DNA from: Ruditapes philippinarum
Taxonomy: Eukaryota
DNA length: 64,000 bases
NCBI RefSeq assembly: GCF_026571515.1
Contig: NW_026864773.1
Location: forward strand, 62,001-126,000
Direction: 5' to 3'
The stretch's first letter is position 1; each line of letters starts with the position of its first letter. The notes under the pieces were generated by a model. The model did no database searches, was not told the origin of the DNA, and saw only the letters and a program-made list of their open reading frames with translations. This document shows positions 50,766 through 64,000 of the stretch, piece after piece. Position numbers and translations under genes: made by a program.

Positions 50766-52899
50766 CAAGTACAAATGCTTTTATTTTATGGAGTGCATTA
50801 TTTCCAGTGAATGCGTTTTGCATGTTAACAAAAATGTTCACCTAACTTTTAAGTCTTGCTGAATGATTCAATACCACATTTTTGTAGACTACAAACCCGC
50901 ATGTTGGTATTGTTTTTAAAGTAATAGATAAAAGCACTGAAGACTCTATTTTATTATTTCAGCATTGTATACTGCAGATAAAAAACCGGTCTTTGCAGAC
51001 TGATTTCTGTATTGCTCTTCAGTTTCGCAAACCATATAGTCTTGCCTGGAAAAACACAGCACTAGTACGTAGGAACAACACCTCTTTCTTGTCCTATTAA
51101 TATCTTGAGAAGAAATAAGCCTAGATTTGTGTTCTAAATTGACTGTAACCAGAAGATGACTTCTATTGAGTTCAGTACATTAAAATTACATGGTCTTGAT
51201 GTCAAGCAATGTATACCTCAGTGCTTGCAGTGCTTTGATTTTTCTATTAGGCTAAGTCTCACTTTTGCATTTTGTGACGTGTTTTACACGTTGAGTAAAT
51301 TTACCGATGCGCTACGCATGCTGCTATGTTATCTTTGACTATAATAATCAAAAGTATGGACAAAAACATTGAGAAATTCTGAAAAATGAATAAGCGTAGT
51401 AAGATGTAAAATCATTATCGTTAATGAACAAAAATGTGAACGTCAAATCTCCGATAACTTTGCAATACCAAAGGTCAATAAATATTTTGCAAAGGATTGT
51501 GGGTCTTGACAGTAAAAAATATCTATTTTAGAGCTGCTCAGTGCTCTGTAATAAAATTGTCTAGTTATGAGACATTTAAAAGTGCAATCCTTGAATAAAG
51601 TATTATTTACGTTACAAATTATTGCAAGATATAAAACTATTATTCATTACATGACGAGTATGATCATAAATAACATATAAATAGACAAAACATTAAGGAC
51701 AAAAACTAATTTTTCGAATGAAAGAAAGAATTGTACAGGAACAAGATTCGTATGTCCAGGTTGATACTCAAAGATGCAGGTTAGTGCCTGAAAAAATGCA
51801 TGGAAGGGCACCCGAGGACCTCGTCTATCAGTAGAGCTGGGACCAATAAATGTGTAAGTGTGGTGTAAAAACAAACAAACAAAAAAGAACAAGAGCAATA
51901 AAATAACTTGTAGTTCCGAATGTATAATGGCATTTCTAAGGTAGGCACAAAAACGTTAACGCCTCATATAGCTTCTGTGTATTTGCTATTTATACTAATT
52001 CATTAAATTCGGTTGTGTTGGAAGTAATTAAAACTGCTGGGTACTTTAAATGGACGATTAACTTAACATGGATTTGTCTATAATGGAATATCTGTAATAC
52101 AAATATAATTATTTTGATATTTTTTATCGGACATAGCAACACAACTAGAAATGATATATGAATGTTATATATTAATGTATGAGATACATGATCAAATATA
52201 ACATGCATCAATATAGCAGTAATAAAATGTTCCTAATTTTTCTTAATGTTCTTAACAAAATGTTATTTTCATCACACAAATATTCATAATAAATCCCTTA
52301 GAAAATAATTAACGCTTTTTTTCAAGCATTATTACATATTAAGAAAAACGAAATGGTACATTTAATTTGTTGTTGCAAATATTTGAAGTTCTAATGGAAA
52401 AAATGTGCTCATCTTAAACCAGTTCATAATTGAAAACAGCCTGTGTATTATATTTAACATATACAACTAAATTGTTTACAGTTCAAAGAAAATCCTGTGA
52501 GATTTTATGACACGAAATGACTTGAATTTTTGTGTCCAAGACCGCTATTCCATTTGATATACTTATGGAACAAAAGCTTGTGTGTATGTTTTGAAATCAT
52601 TCCGTTTTGAATGTATGCATGATTTACCAACAAATAACCAGTTAATTTATATAACAGTTTGAAATTGTATGTATTTGACGAATAAACTTTAAATACCATT
52701 ATTCAAAAGCTTAATTCGCTTTTGTACTCACATAATTTGTTTAATACATGTTATGATTTTAATGGTTTGATTTGTAAGAATTCTATGCAAACAAGTATAT
52801 TCTTATGAAAAATTGAACAAATCTGCATTTACCGTAAATTTGATTTAAATCGATCGCTACTTACAATATACGTACGTTCATTCACTGTTGCATAAAAAC

Positions 52900-55800
52900 T
52901 CACTACGTTAATAATCCATTGCGAATTTTATGTAAAGACAGAAATAAGGACAATCACAGTTTGATTCTGAGAGCTTTCTAATTCCAGTTTATTTTAGATG
53001 ATATTATCACAACACGACAGGTGAAAGTGTTGAGGAATGCGTACGTTTTGAAGGTTCGTAGTTCATTTCAAGATGAATTCGTACAGAAAGAAATAATGAG
53101 AGGAAAGAAAACTAACAAAGATAATAAACCAAACTTATTTTGTGTTCACATTTTTCTTCAGACTTACTGAAGACCAAAAGCAAACTGATGTCTATTTTAC
53201 ATAGGTTTAAACTATGTTAAGCAATTAGAGTAAACTAATTCCTTTCAACTAAATAAAAGTAAAATGAAGTAATTACTCAATAGAAAACTTTTAACGATAT
53301 TCATTTCCTTGAGAAGTGTTGCAACTAGAGAAATGTATATCAAATGTTTATTGTTGCCCACTGCAGGAGTGATACAATCGTAAGCGTCATGTACTTGATT
53401 AAGCTGTCTTTGAAATATCTAAGGAGTAAAAGTCTTATGTATATGTGACTTTTCTACTGGAGAAATTGATAGCTCTCGTGGGAAATACATCAAACTTTGA
53501 TAAAGACTTTTAAATTAATGCACTCACATTAGAACATATATCATGATAATATATCAATGTGACAGTATAATTGATACTGAAAGTAATCAGCACAATTTTT
53601 GAACGTTAAGTTTTCATTTAAGAGAATATTTAAAAGTAATATATAATTCAAGGAAATTGTCAAGTGTTTTTATGAAGTAAAACCGTTTTAAACGTTGCAA
53701 AATAACAGGAAAGGTAATGAAATATTTGTACAAAAGTAAGCGGGGGTGTTTCGATTGATGTAAAATAATAGCATAAACACTTGATACGTTGCCAATATAT
53801 ATATCGGGTTGCGAAATTGTGTGTTACGTATCTGGTTTCATTCTAAAGTCAAATTACCTTTAACAAAACATTTAGTTTAGCCGTTAAACTTATATGTTCG
53901 CTAGAGTCAACTGATTCAATGATGTTTGACGAGTTTATAGGATTACTCAATCAATGTAAGCTTCAATAATTCACTTCTTTGTTTACATTATGTCATAGGG
54001 TAAATGTATAACTATGTTATTACATGTATGTTTTTGTATACTTAAATGTTTATTTCGTTTCAGATACATAAATAAATAAACGACAAGTCATAATAACATT
54101 ATATTGCAATCAAATGGTAAATCTGAACACCGATTATATAGATAGTAGCTTGTGTAGGCGTAGTGGTAGTCGTAGACCTGTATTAGCTATTGGTAGTCGC
54201 ACACCTGTATTAGCTATTTGCCAATATTTATCCCTCTTACACCTGTAATCTATCTAACGTATTGATTTTCCCTGCACGAGCATATTAACCAATCACATTC
54301 GATCAAGTGATATCCGCCATACTTTGAAAATGTAAACAAGCCATTTTGGGCTGAAACATTAAATATCCATTATGTAGTTATATATAAATATATCTACAGG
54401 AGCGTATCTTTCCATGTTTCCATGACAATAGTAAACCCATTGAAAATCTGTCGACCCATGTTGTAATTATATCCCCGAATGAGTGGCCCGGCGACAATTA
54501 CGTCGGCTGTAACCTCCCTTGAAGCCTACTTGTTACGCAAATGACTTTATAAACAAATGTTTATGCACATTTTAATTAAACGGTACTTACTCCTACACCA
54601 GTGTGTAAATCGGTTACACTTGAATTAAGATAAATTTGACAATCGTTTCATTCAACCTATATTGGACTAGTCAAAAAACGAGTATAATATGTTTTACAAT
54701 TGTGTAGAAGTCCAATTGAGATATTCCTAAACACTTATAAAGTGCGTGTTTTCTTTCTTATCCTGGCATAGAAAACTTCAACAGTTATTTACTAAATACC
54801 ACGCGTTAATCACGACATTGATAAAAAGTTGTGCACCGTGAAACTATAACGGTGATATAATTGTCTTTGACATATACGGAAAATATTTTTAATACTGATA
54901 CATAAGTAAAATTCCAATACCTGAAAATGTGGTTGCAGTATTTTAATAGTCCGAATGGCGAACAGCTATAGTTATTTGATTCAGACGTGTGGTCCTTACA
55001 AATATTTGAAATTATTTTGAGATAGTAATGATGAGACTTTATATTTTACTTATTCATTTTATTGAAGACACCCAAACAATATAACAAAGGTCAGACATAG
55101 CTAACAGACTGAGTCAGACAAGTATTTGAACTAACTAGCCTACATATATTTTACGGCAATATTAGATTCAGATAACAGATAAAGTACTCATAACCTCTAA
55201 TTATGCTGAAAAAGGAAACTGAATGACATTGGTCAATGAATGAAAATCTGATTTAGCTTGTTGCTTTTCATTTAAACTGAAATGACACTTCCTAAAAGTA
55301 TATCAAAATACTGAATCCCCAAAAAATGATATAAGAACGGATATATTGATTACAATAGAATGGGAGAGAATACGATACGCGTTCAATCAATGCTAATCAT
55401 ACAAAACTAAAATATAACTTCCTGCATGTATATCTGCAAAATGCCTTTCAAAAATACTTCATCCAAAGTTAAAAAAAATTATGGGATAAAATAAGCGTCC
55501 AAACAATGCTAACGTACAAAACATTCATGTTCTTTCGGTGAATGATGCATTCGTCAGGTATTTCATGAATTATATACATATTCAGCAAAAGTGAAAAATT
55601 ACATACATATTGCAAAGCATGACAAATTGAAGTGGAAGACAATAGTGAGATAGGTGATAAGCTGTATCGATCATAAATAAAGCGTAACTGAAAAATCATT
55701 GTTACATTCTTTATAAAGTATCGATATTTTCAGCATAACAATGCCTAACAGAGTCTGGAGTAGTATGGACTAATATAAACAACATCAATTCACAACTGCT

Positions 55801-57700
55801 AGTTATTCACTTAAGTTACACAGTTAATAGATAAACCTCAATGTAAGAACATTTCCTACTATTTTCGTAAAATTTTTAAATATCTTTGCTAAATAAGTTT
55901 TGACATAAAGTTATAAATATATAAACACGAAAAATATGTATTTTTCTTGATTTTACAATATGCATAGCGTCAACCAGCTGATGTGTATAATCTACACGCA
56001 ATCATCTATCCATATTTCAGTACAGTTTAAAACTTGCCATATTTCCAGTCTATTTGTTGCCATAGCAACCATGGTCGTCAACATAGGAATCATAGACAAT
56101 ACGTGAATAATTTGTAGACTGCCATCAATCCAAAAATTATACTTTTTTTCAATACTTTTTGCATTAGAACGGGATCCAGTTTTTTTGACGAACTGGCGGA
56201 GGGTTAACCTGAAGTTACCCCGCTTAAACCGGTATGGGACTAACAGTAATTATTATTGAGCGTTTAAAATGTTTTACATATTGTTTAGATAACTTACCAT
56301 ACAATTTATTATCAGAATGTATAGAAATGCCTGAAATCGAAATTGGAAATCTAAAAACATGATACAACAAAAAATTTAAATCAATAAGCTCAAAAAATCT
56401 GATTCCACATTGCAAGCACGTGTAGTACTTTTTTCATTTTGTTATTTACATCTTACTTTAATTTGACCTATCTTGATATGCTGAAGAGATATAAGTGAAT
56501 TTGTTTTGAATGATATTTCTATTCTATTCTATTTCATGACTTTGAAATACCGCTGATTTAATTGCAAAGGGGACACTCGTGCGACTACAGATAATCTTGT
56601 CAATTTATTTTCGGCTATAAATGTATATAAATGTCTAGGTCTTAGACAGTTATCATCAGTGTACTCTTCCGTATTTCTTGATTGGTTAATATTGATCTTT
56701 GTACTGCCTGAATTTCAGGATAACGTTTTTTTTAAACAAGGAAAACAAACTTCAACAACAACAAAAAACAACAAGCAAAAACTGAAACAAAACTCCAAAA
56801 TACAATAGGAAAAACGGCAAAATTAAGAAAACATAAGCAGACAACTCACTCACAAACTAACTGATAGCATTTGGAGACATTTGGAGACACCAGAGTAACA
56901 CGTTGTTTTCTTAAATTTAAAAGTGTAAGTACAAAGCAAATGCAAAACTCAATAAACCACAATAAAAAACAAAACAAAAAAAAACTGTTTTTTAGATAAA
57001 AAGAAAATGCAACCTTCTGGGCGATGTCAACAAGGATGTTTAAATCTGAATATATATAAAGTATATTTTTTTCTATTTTATTTGGTATAGAATAAAATAT
57101 ATTCTATAGAAGATCGGTCAATATCTTATATAGATGGCAATTGCAATGCTATATATTACATAAAATATGACACACCATATTTCCATTTCTCATGATAAGG
57201 CTATAAATTGTGACAACCTTGAAGACAAACAAAGTTTCTTCATTTCTTTCTTGCAAGATGAGATCGTAAACAAGTGCCATCTTATTGTCACACTTATAAT
57301 TAAATGAAATGTTCTTGGTTTTTGGCTCATATAAACACGGTATTAAATAATCATTAATCTGGGTTTTGGATTTAATCCTCGAAAATGAACAAGCAGTAAT
57401 TATTTCGAATGATAAATGTTTCTGTCAAGACCTTCGAATAATACGTTCATTCCTTTCAAACGCACAAAGATACAATGATTAATATCCCTTTCCTTGACAC
57501 ATTCTAGTACAAATAATCAGGAAATGTATCTTACTCAATTACAATTAAAATTGTGTGATATTTGTCATATTATATACGTAACCAACCAGTGTTGAGGTAT
57601 AATATAGAAACTGCTATAAATTGTTGTACAAATTAAAGTAAAGTTGAATATTTTATAACAATATACTTTGACATAGCAAAACGTTATGTATAATGACATT
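52900..57700 (-). pseudogene. Decayed family B GPCR paralog interrupted by repeats
   Basis: TM-like fragments SLIKYMTLTIVSLLQWATINI, LSNYFILLLF, FIIFVSF and YAFLN at 52980-53420. DNA homology of 52950-53620 to 60675-61350, and of 57100-57700 to 62180-62900. Confidence 0.42.
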
Positions 57701-57737
57701 GGTTTTTATTTTTTTGTCATATGATCGTTGAATAATA

Positions 57738-59533
57738 CGAGGGGTGTTCAAATATGAATGCAACTAGGCAAATGCATCGCATACATGATTGTGTAAGCTA
57801 TGAATCGATAAATACATTTTATAATTCAGTTCAGTCTTGCTTAAACAATAACTCTGCACTATCTACTCGTGTATACTAAAGCTTAAAAAGTTTTCAAAGA
57901 CCAAATACGTTCCTATGTTAAGAACCACAGTATACTTGGTATACAGGCGGAAATATGTCGTGTTTATGGGATAAATTAACTTTCTTTTTTTAACCTGTCA
58001 CACGTTAGTGTAAAAAAGATTAAAAAGGGGTGTGGAGTCAGTACAAAATGCACTTCCTGCACACCGACCAAAAGCTGAATTTCGCCAAAAATGATTGAAC
58101 AAGTAAATTAATTGATTTCTACTGATGCAAGATTTACAACTAGTTATATAGATAATGCGTTGGGTCGCTCATACAATTCTCAGACATAATTAAAAAATGA
58201 GAAGGATAAGTGCCAGATGGACACCCCATCTACTTACAAAAGAACAAACAATTTCTCGGATGAGAATGTCTAAACAGTTGTTGAAACAGTTCCCTTAATG
58301 CAACAATCGATCTTTCGCAAATATCATCACAAGCAATGACGTTGGCTCACTTTGAAATTTATTAACCCAAGCGAAAGATACATAACACGATATGGGCAAC
58401 CAAAGGAAGTCAAAGACATTAAATAAAAAAATGCACCATGAGCGCCAAAAAGGTCATGTATGTAATTTTCCTTTCAAATCAGGTTCGTGCTATTCAAATT
58501 ACCGTACCAAAGTTTATCTGCCAAGTTTTACAAATGTGATTTTTTAACATGCAGCTGTAAAGTATGGAACATCTATTCTTGGAATATCATTATGTTCAAA
58601 TATATGGAATAGACTAAGAAACATTTTTAATATAAACGGGTAAATTTTTTTGTTCAGTTAAAATATCATAAGTTTTAGTGTTTTGGAACAGTTGGAAGAC
58701 TGATGTAATAAAATTCATTATTTATCTAATGAAATCCTTTATTTTTCAACAGAAGTTGAAAAATAGACGAAAATATCCTTTTTCGATCCTTTTCTGTTAT
58801 ATCTAAAACTGAGAATTATTATTGAAAAAGAAATTGCAAACATTCAAAACAAGGCTGAGTTCCATCACTAGAAATAACCCCATTCAAAATAATGGTATGT
58901 ACTCTTTACCACAAATATTACATTAACATCGACCTTTTTTTATTTTCAGAAAGACAAAATAATGACATACTCAGTAAAATTTAAGTTAAATAAAACATTC
59001 AGTATAAACAAATTATGATATGATTTGACATAATAATGTGATGATGTTAAATAAATTTAAGTGAAATGTATGTATGTCATAAAGGTAAAAAAAATAACAA
59101 AAGCTTTAGAAAGTCATAAATGAAAGAAATATTTAAAAAATAACGTCGACCAGCAACTTGTCTCCGTGCTGTCAGATTATTGCATTACAATACTTCGTCA
59201 CACAAAGCGGTCAAACAGACTAAGGTTGCCGAGCTTCCTCGCCCTCGTTATTCGCGACATCTTGCCCCTTGTGAATTTTTTCCTGTTTCCAAGGCTCAAA
59301 AACACCATGCTGGAAGGAAATATCAAACGCAAATATTCTCTCGTTTCGGCCATTTTCCAGTGTCCGAACAGTATACCTCGAAACATTTATGAAAATGCAT
59401 TAAAAATTGGATTAAAAGGCTTTGTAAATCACATGGTGGTGATTATTTTAAAGGATAGAGATAATTATTTTGGCACTTTTTGTTGAACTCTTCTGCAATT
59501 GACCCAGTTGCATTCATATTTGAAAATCCCTCG
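57738..59533 (+). mobile_element. Decayed mariner (Tc1/mariner) transposon
   Basis: TA|cgaggggtgttcaaatatgaatgcaactagg ... cccagttgcattcatatttgaaaatccctcg|TA. Transposase remnants RRISARWTPHLLTKEQ, SAKKVM, LHYNTSSHKA and PRYSRHLAPCEFFLFP (WVPHxL and YSPDLAPxD motifs). Confidence 0.93.
58533..59080 (+). mobile_element. L1/Tx1-like LINE 3' fragment inserted in the mariner
   Basis: Splits aagttttac|aaaggtaaa of the transposase. Contains MEHLF.EY..VQ..WNRL and EKEIA...NKAEFH, then AATAAA and an (atgt)n tail. Confidence 0.6.
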
Positions 59534-60649
59534 TATACTGTATCTATACATGTAATGGCAAACGGTAAACATTGTTAAATGAAATGGAATATATAATAAA
59601 TGTTATATGTATTAATTACCAAACTTTTACGTATAATTTTATGCTCCGAATTATGACTCAGTTATGCATGCTTTTTTAGACTTCATTGGAAGATTTTTAG
59701 TTCACAACACATGCCTCATATATGCCTCCTTTCGCTTTGTACTATTGTCAAGTGTTAACACATTGAAAAGGCTATACAATTGTGTGACAATAAGTATATA
59801 GGCTCAATAATTGCCATGCTGAAATATATATACATTATCTTATAAAAAAAAACGCTTTATTTCATAGATTGATTGATGTTTTCATTTTAGGGAATTAATT
59901 TGTATCAGTCGATAAAGGTGGGCGTTGATACGTAACTATACTTTTAAATCATATCATTTGACTCTCTATATTTACTATCAATTTGTCAAAAACTTTTCTT
60001 AGAATTAAAATAAATTTTGAAGGAAACAAGATAATGACATTGTACGCAAGGCAATTATATTCATAGCGCTAACTGTAAGACGGCATTGAAATAAATTGTT
60101 GTTATATTGTATAAATAGTTCACAAACATTAAATGGCTATAAGTCTGTAAGATATGTAGATGATAAAAGAATAAAAATCATCACTTGATAGTAAGAATAT
60201 AACAAGTTTAAAATCATTGCGTTTGCATAAAATGGAAACAAGTTAAAAACAACATATAAATCCCACCTACATAAATGTCAATTTACTTAAATAACTAAGC
60301 TGTTTTCTTAACGCTTTGACTATTTGACAGATGTGTCTACATTTACTAGAAGATCACCTGTCACCGTAACATCCAAACAATAAAAACAAACTCCAACGCA
60401 ATAAAAGATTGCAGTATTATTATACAGTCTTAGAAATATTAGAGAATAAATGTTGTTTTGTAAAACTCGTAGTACTAAGTGTTCATTCCAGATAATAATA
60501 TTTTGAAACGAAAGTTGTCACATTTACACTTAAAATGATTACTGTAATTATATTTAATAGGAAAAAGTAGAAACCTACAATGAAATAAAAGACGATTAAT
60601 AATAGGTATACAAACGTAAATGGGTGTTGGGAAAGGGACAAGAAGGACT

Positions 60650-62900
60650 AAAAGAACTAAAGACAACAGTTACAACAATCACAGTTTGATTCTGACAGCT
60701 TCCTAATTTCAGTTTATTTTTTGATGTAATTATCACGACAAACACGAAATCGTTTCAGGAAGTTATAGTGTTTGATAAAGAAAAGAGAAGAGAAAACCAT
60801 AAACTAATTTCGTTTTAATTTCGTGTTAACATAAAGCTTTGAACCTAAAACAAACCGAAGTACATTTTATATAGGTTCATATGTTGTATAGCAAGTAAGA
60901 GTAGCTTATTCTTTTTCACAGAAACGCAAAATGAGGTCATAATTCAATAGATAACATTAATTTTAACAAGATTTATTTCCTTAAGAATTATTGTCATGGG
61001 AGAAATGAATATAAATTAAATTGCTATTTACTGCTAGTGTGACACCCTCCTCTTAGGATTGATGAAGTTGTCTATAAAAATCAAATGAGAATTAGCTTTA
61101 TGTGTCTGTGACATTTGTCCATGAGGAATGTAACAATACTCTACAATTTACCAATAGAAAATGTACCAAACTCTTATTTTGGCTTAAATGCACTTAACTA
61201 TATATCAGAAATACATTTGTATGATTTATAATGTTATACTAGTATTAGGTTAAGGCTAAATAGATGAAAATATCATATAATAATAAAAACAGTGTAATCA
61301 TAATGGAAGTAATTAGCAACAGATCGTTTCTTAAGTTCTCATTAAAGAACATGCTTATGACGAAATATTAAAATTCATATTCATGTGAAATGTAATTGTC
61401 TTGAAGTAAACGGGTTTCAACTGTGCAATAGGATAGGAAGCACAATGAAATATATGAACAAAAGCTTGATGTACAAACAATGCAAAATACGTGTCAGCGT
61501 CCAATATATTCCAATTTACGTAATTTTCAGTTACGTAAACATGTTTCATATAAATGCCCCATTACCTTCTTACAAAAACGTGAACTTGTATTTTCACAAG
61601 TGTCAACTGATTTAGTGTCCGCTGCATTTAAAGATTTCCTGGGACAACTCAATTAGTTTTTCAACATCATATTCTTCATTGTTTCCCTTAGATCTACAAA
61701 TTCGAAACCTACAGCTAATGCGTTTTTACACCAATAATTCATTATTAGACATTTTGTCAGTCGTTTTTTACAATAAGAATTTGGTATAGAACTTTGGTTG
61801 CCTTGAAGTACCCTTTTCCGCTGATAAGATCACAAAGGCTCTCTATTAAAGACTCTTATACGATTGCATATATTCTTTTATTTATTTTCCATAATAAATT
61901 TATATTAACGTCTGGATCTAAAAAGGTTATCATCACAGCAGTCTTCCTTGTCTCTGTATGGTCAATATTGAATATTGGACCATCCGAATTCCAGGATTAT
62001 ATTTTTGTCTGTTACACATACAAACAAAACATCCCAAAACAAACAACAAACAAAACATACGAAAAACGAAATACTAACACAAAAACAAACAAACAAAGGA
62101 GGCAACGAAAAACAAATTAACAGCAATTACAATTAAGAAAAGAAAAGAAATAGAAAAATCACTTAAATTCAATACATACCATAAGAGATCGGTCAATATC
62201 GTTTATAGATGGAAATAACAATGCTGTACTCTTACAATCACAGACGATAATGTCAACATTTGAAAAGTTGCTACAGTTCGTTTCGAATGAAAATGCATGA
62301 TTGGCACTATTCTTATAAACACGAATTTCGGTTTGCCAAGGTCAATTGAGTTTCCGTAAAATGTATTTTCAAAATGTTACATAAAAGTATGGCAAGACTC
62401 ATTTCTCTTTCCTTTTATGGGCTATTAATTGTATCATATGTGTCACAATAAGTTTTTTTTTCATTTCTCTCTTGCAAAATATTTGATGAAAGCTGAGATC
62501 TTTTGTATGCTTCATAAGTACATGGTATTATTTCATTGATCACAGGTTCCGAATTCAATCCTCGATAACGAATGAGCAGTAATTATTTTGGATGAAAATG
62601 TTTCTTTCAAGACATACGAATAATACGTCCATTCATTCCACATACATACGATACAAAGATTTATATCTTTTCCATGACATCTAATGCTACTGAGAGCGTT
62701 CAAGAAAGGTCTCACTCATATGGTTTAAATACGAATTGTGTGATAATTGTCACAAGAATGTAACTAATTTTTTTTTGAGGTAAAACATATTATTAAATTC
62801 TGTCAATTAGTGTATAGATTAAATTTAACTAAATATACTTTAATATCTTTATGCTTTTATGTATCAAAACGTAACGTGTAATGACAATAGTATATCATTT
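60650..62900 (-). pseudogene. Decayed family B GPCR paralog
   Basis: RCHGKDINLCIVCMWNEWTYY (degenerate Cys-rich N-terminus), FVDLRETM, LSCPRKSLN, YFIVLPIL and ETICC..LHCFYYYMIF. Confidence 0.45.
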
Positions 62901-64000
62901 TATCGCCAGCTATTTGAAGATTAAATTGATTCTGTACATGTGCGATAATTTGTAACGTTAAACAATTTCCGTAATAAACTAAAAGTGCTTATTAGTGTTA
63001 CATCACATGCTTTGTATTACTAGTACCATATATATTATCATGATGGAATTGTTAACATCTATATAGCTACTGTTTGAAATTAAAATACTGCCATATTACA
63101 AATGTGTTATCTGAACGAATTTCCTTATGAGCAAATGGCGCAAACGGTAAAAACTCTACTTAAAGTAAGAGCATAATATTTTATTCCCGAAACAAATAAT
63201 TGTATTTATGTATAACATTATGCGTATTTAATAATACTTACATACAAGGTTATGTCTCTTTCTTGAATCGACAATTTAATCATGGTAACAAAAATGTTAA
63301 TCTTTCATCATTTAAACACAATATGTCATTATTGTTGCTTTATAATTTGTAGATATGCTGTTATGAATAAAAATAATGTTTGTAATGAGCAGTTAATAGT
63401 TCACTGCTATAACTTATCATTTAAGTGAAAAAATAATTGCGTGTTACTAAACCATTTCTCATTATATGACAAGAAGAGAAAATAATGATAATCCTGAGTA
63501 ATCTTTTATAAACACTAAAGGTAAAATATGTGAACGTAAAAAGAAAAAAACGATCAATTTTAGATGTTAGTTTCAAAAATAAGTATAGTGATTCTATATC
63601 AAACAAGCATTCAGATTTTTTTTATATTCTGGTTTGTTTCTATTATCATAAATACGCAATTAACGTAAAGTCTGTATAGTAATGTTTCATAAAGCAGAAG
63701 GTTAAACATGTAAAATGTAAAAAATAATAGTTTTTTTCCTGAGAAAGTGTGAACACCGGAGATTGTAAGGAGCTTAAACTTTGCTGTTTTCTATAAGCAT
63801 TTAGATCGTCTTTTGTGCTCTTATTTAGATTTTAGGTTTTCTGACGAGACATTTCTTAAAGTATTTCTGACGGTTAAGAAAGTAAGAGAGGGGAAAATGT
63901 TGGGTGGCGGAGGCAGGCCTAGTTGGATGGCGACCTCGAACTATAAAAGAGCCCTGATGAGTTCAACAATGTAGTCAATATTTCTAGATTATCATTTCTG

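Larger units (their letters stand above)
46552..51240 (+). mobile_element. ~4.7-kb Helentron-type non-autonomous element carrying cargo
   Basis: 5' palindrome gtatacattgc-ttgcaat-gcaatgtatac after a T run. The 3' subterminal repeat caagcaatgtatac (51203-51216) is the exact reverse complement of 46557-46570 and is followed by a degenerate hairpin. The insert is absent from the paralogous unit (~44010-44035). Confidence 0.7.
42230..52200. repeat. Tandem segmental duplication, unit ~2.9 kb (copy 1 ~42230-45125; copy 2 ~45130-46545 plus ~51240-52200)
   Basis: Colinear shared blocks, e.g. gctcttctagatgtctact at ~42570 and ~45345, caacattatcccgcaagttcacattt-like at ~43560 and ~46235, gcatggaagggca at ~44545 and ~51798. 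Confidence 0.85.

Overview
AT-rich, intron-containing animal DNA, most likely a bivalve mollusc (inferred from V-SINE/Meta-like SINEs, Helentron-type elements and the GPCR types), with two assembly gaps. There are two host genes on the + strand: a six-exon clan-2-like cytochrome P450 (8450-~14165) whose haem-binding last exon is corrupted, and an intact intronless class A GPCR (31200-32255). Between them is a ~9.4 kb transposon nest (20131-29537). It consists of an outer TIR element, the 5' half of a PIF/Harbinger element, a decayed two-exon orphan gene, and a near-intact Sola2 transposon (22139-27120) that appears to carry a second, spliced ORF overlapping the transposase start. Much of the apparent spacer DNA reads, on the minus strand, as fossils of a tandem cluster of intronless Methuselah-like/adhesion (family B) GPCR genes; this call rests on motifs recognised by eye across frameshifts. 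Other elements include a decayed mariner, Helentron pieces (one 4.7 kb element carrying a Gypsy gag fragment), LINE 3' ends, SINEs, a Transib-like MITE, Crypton-like palindromes, and a MITE with two convergent tRNA-like units just upstream of the P450. Family assignments come from recalled motifs, not database searches.
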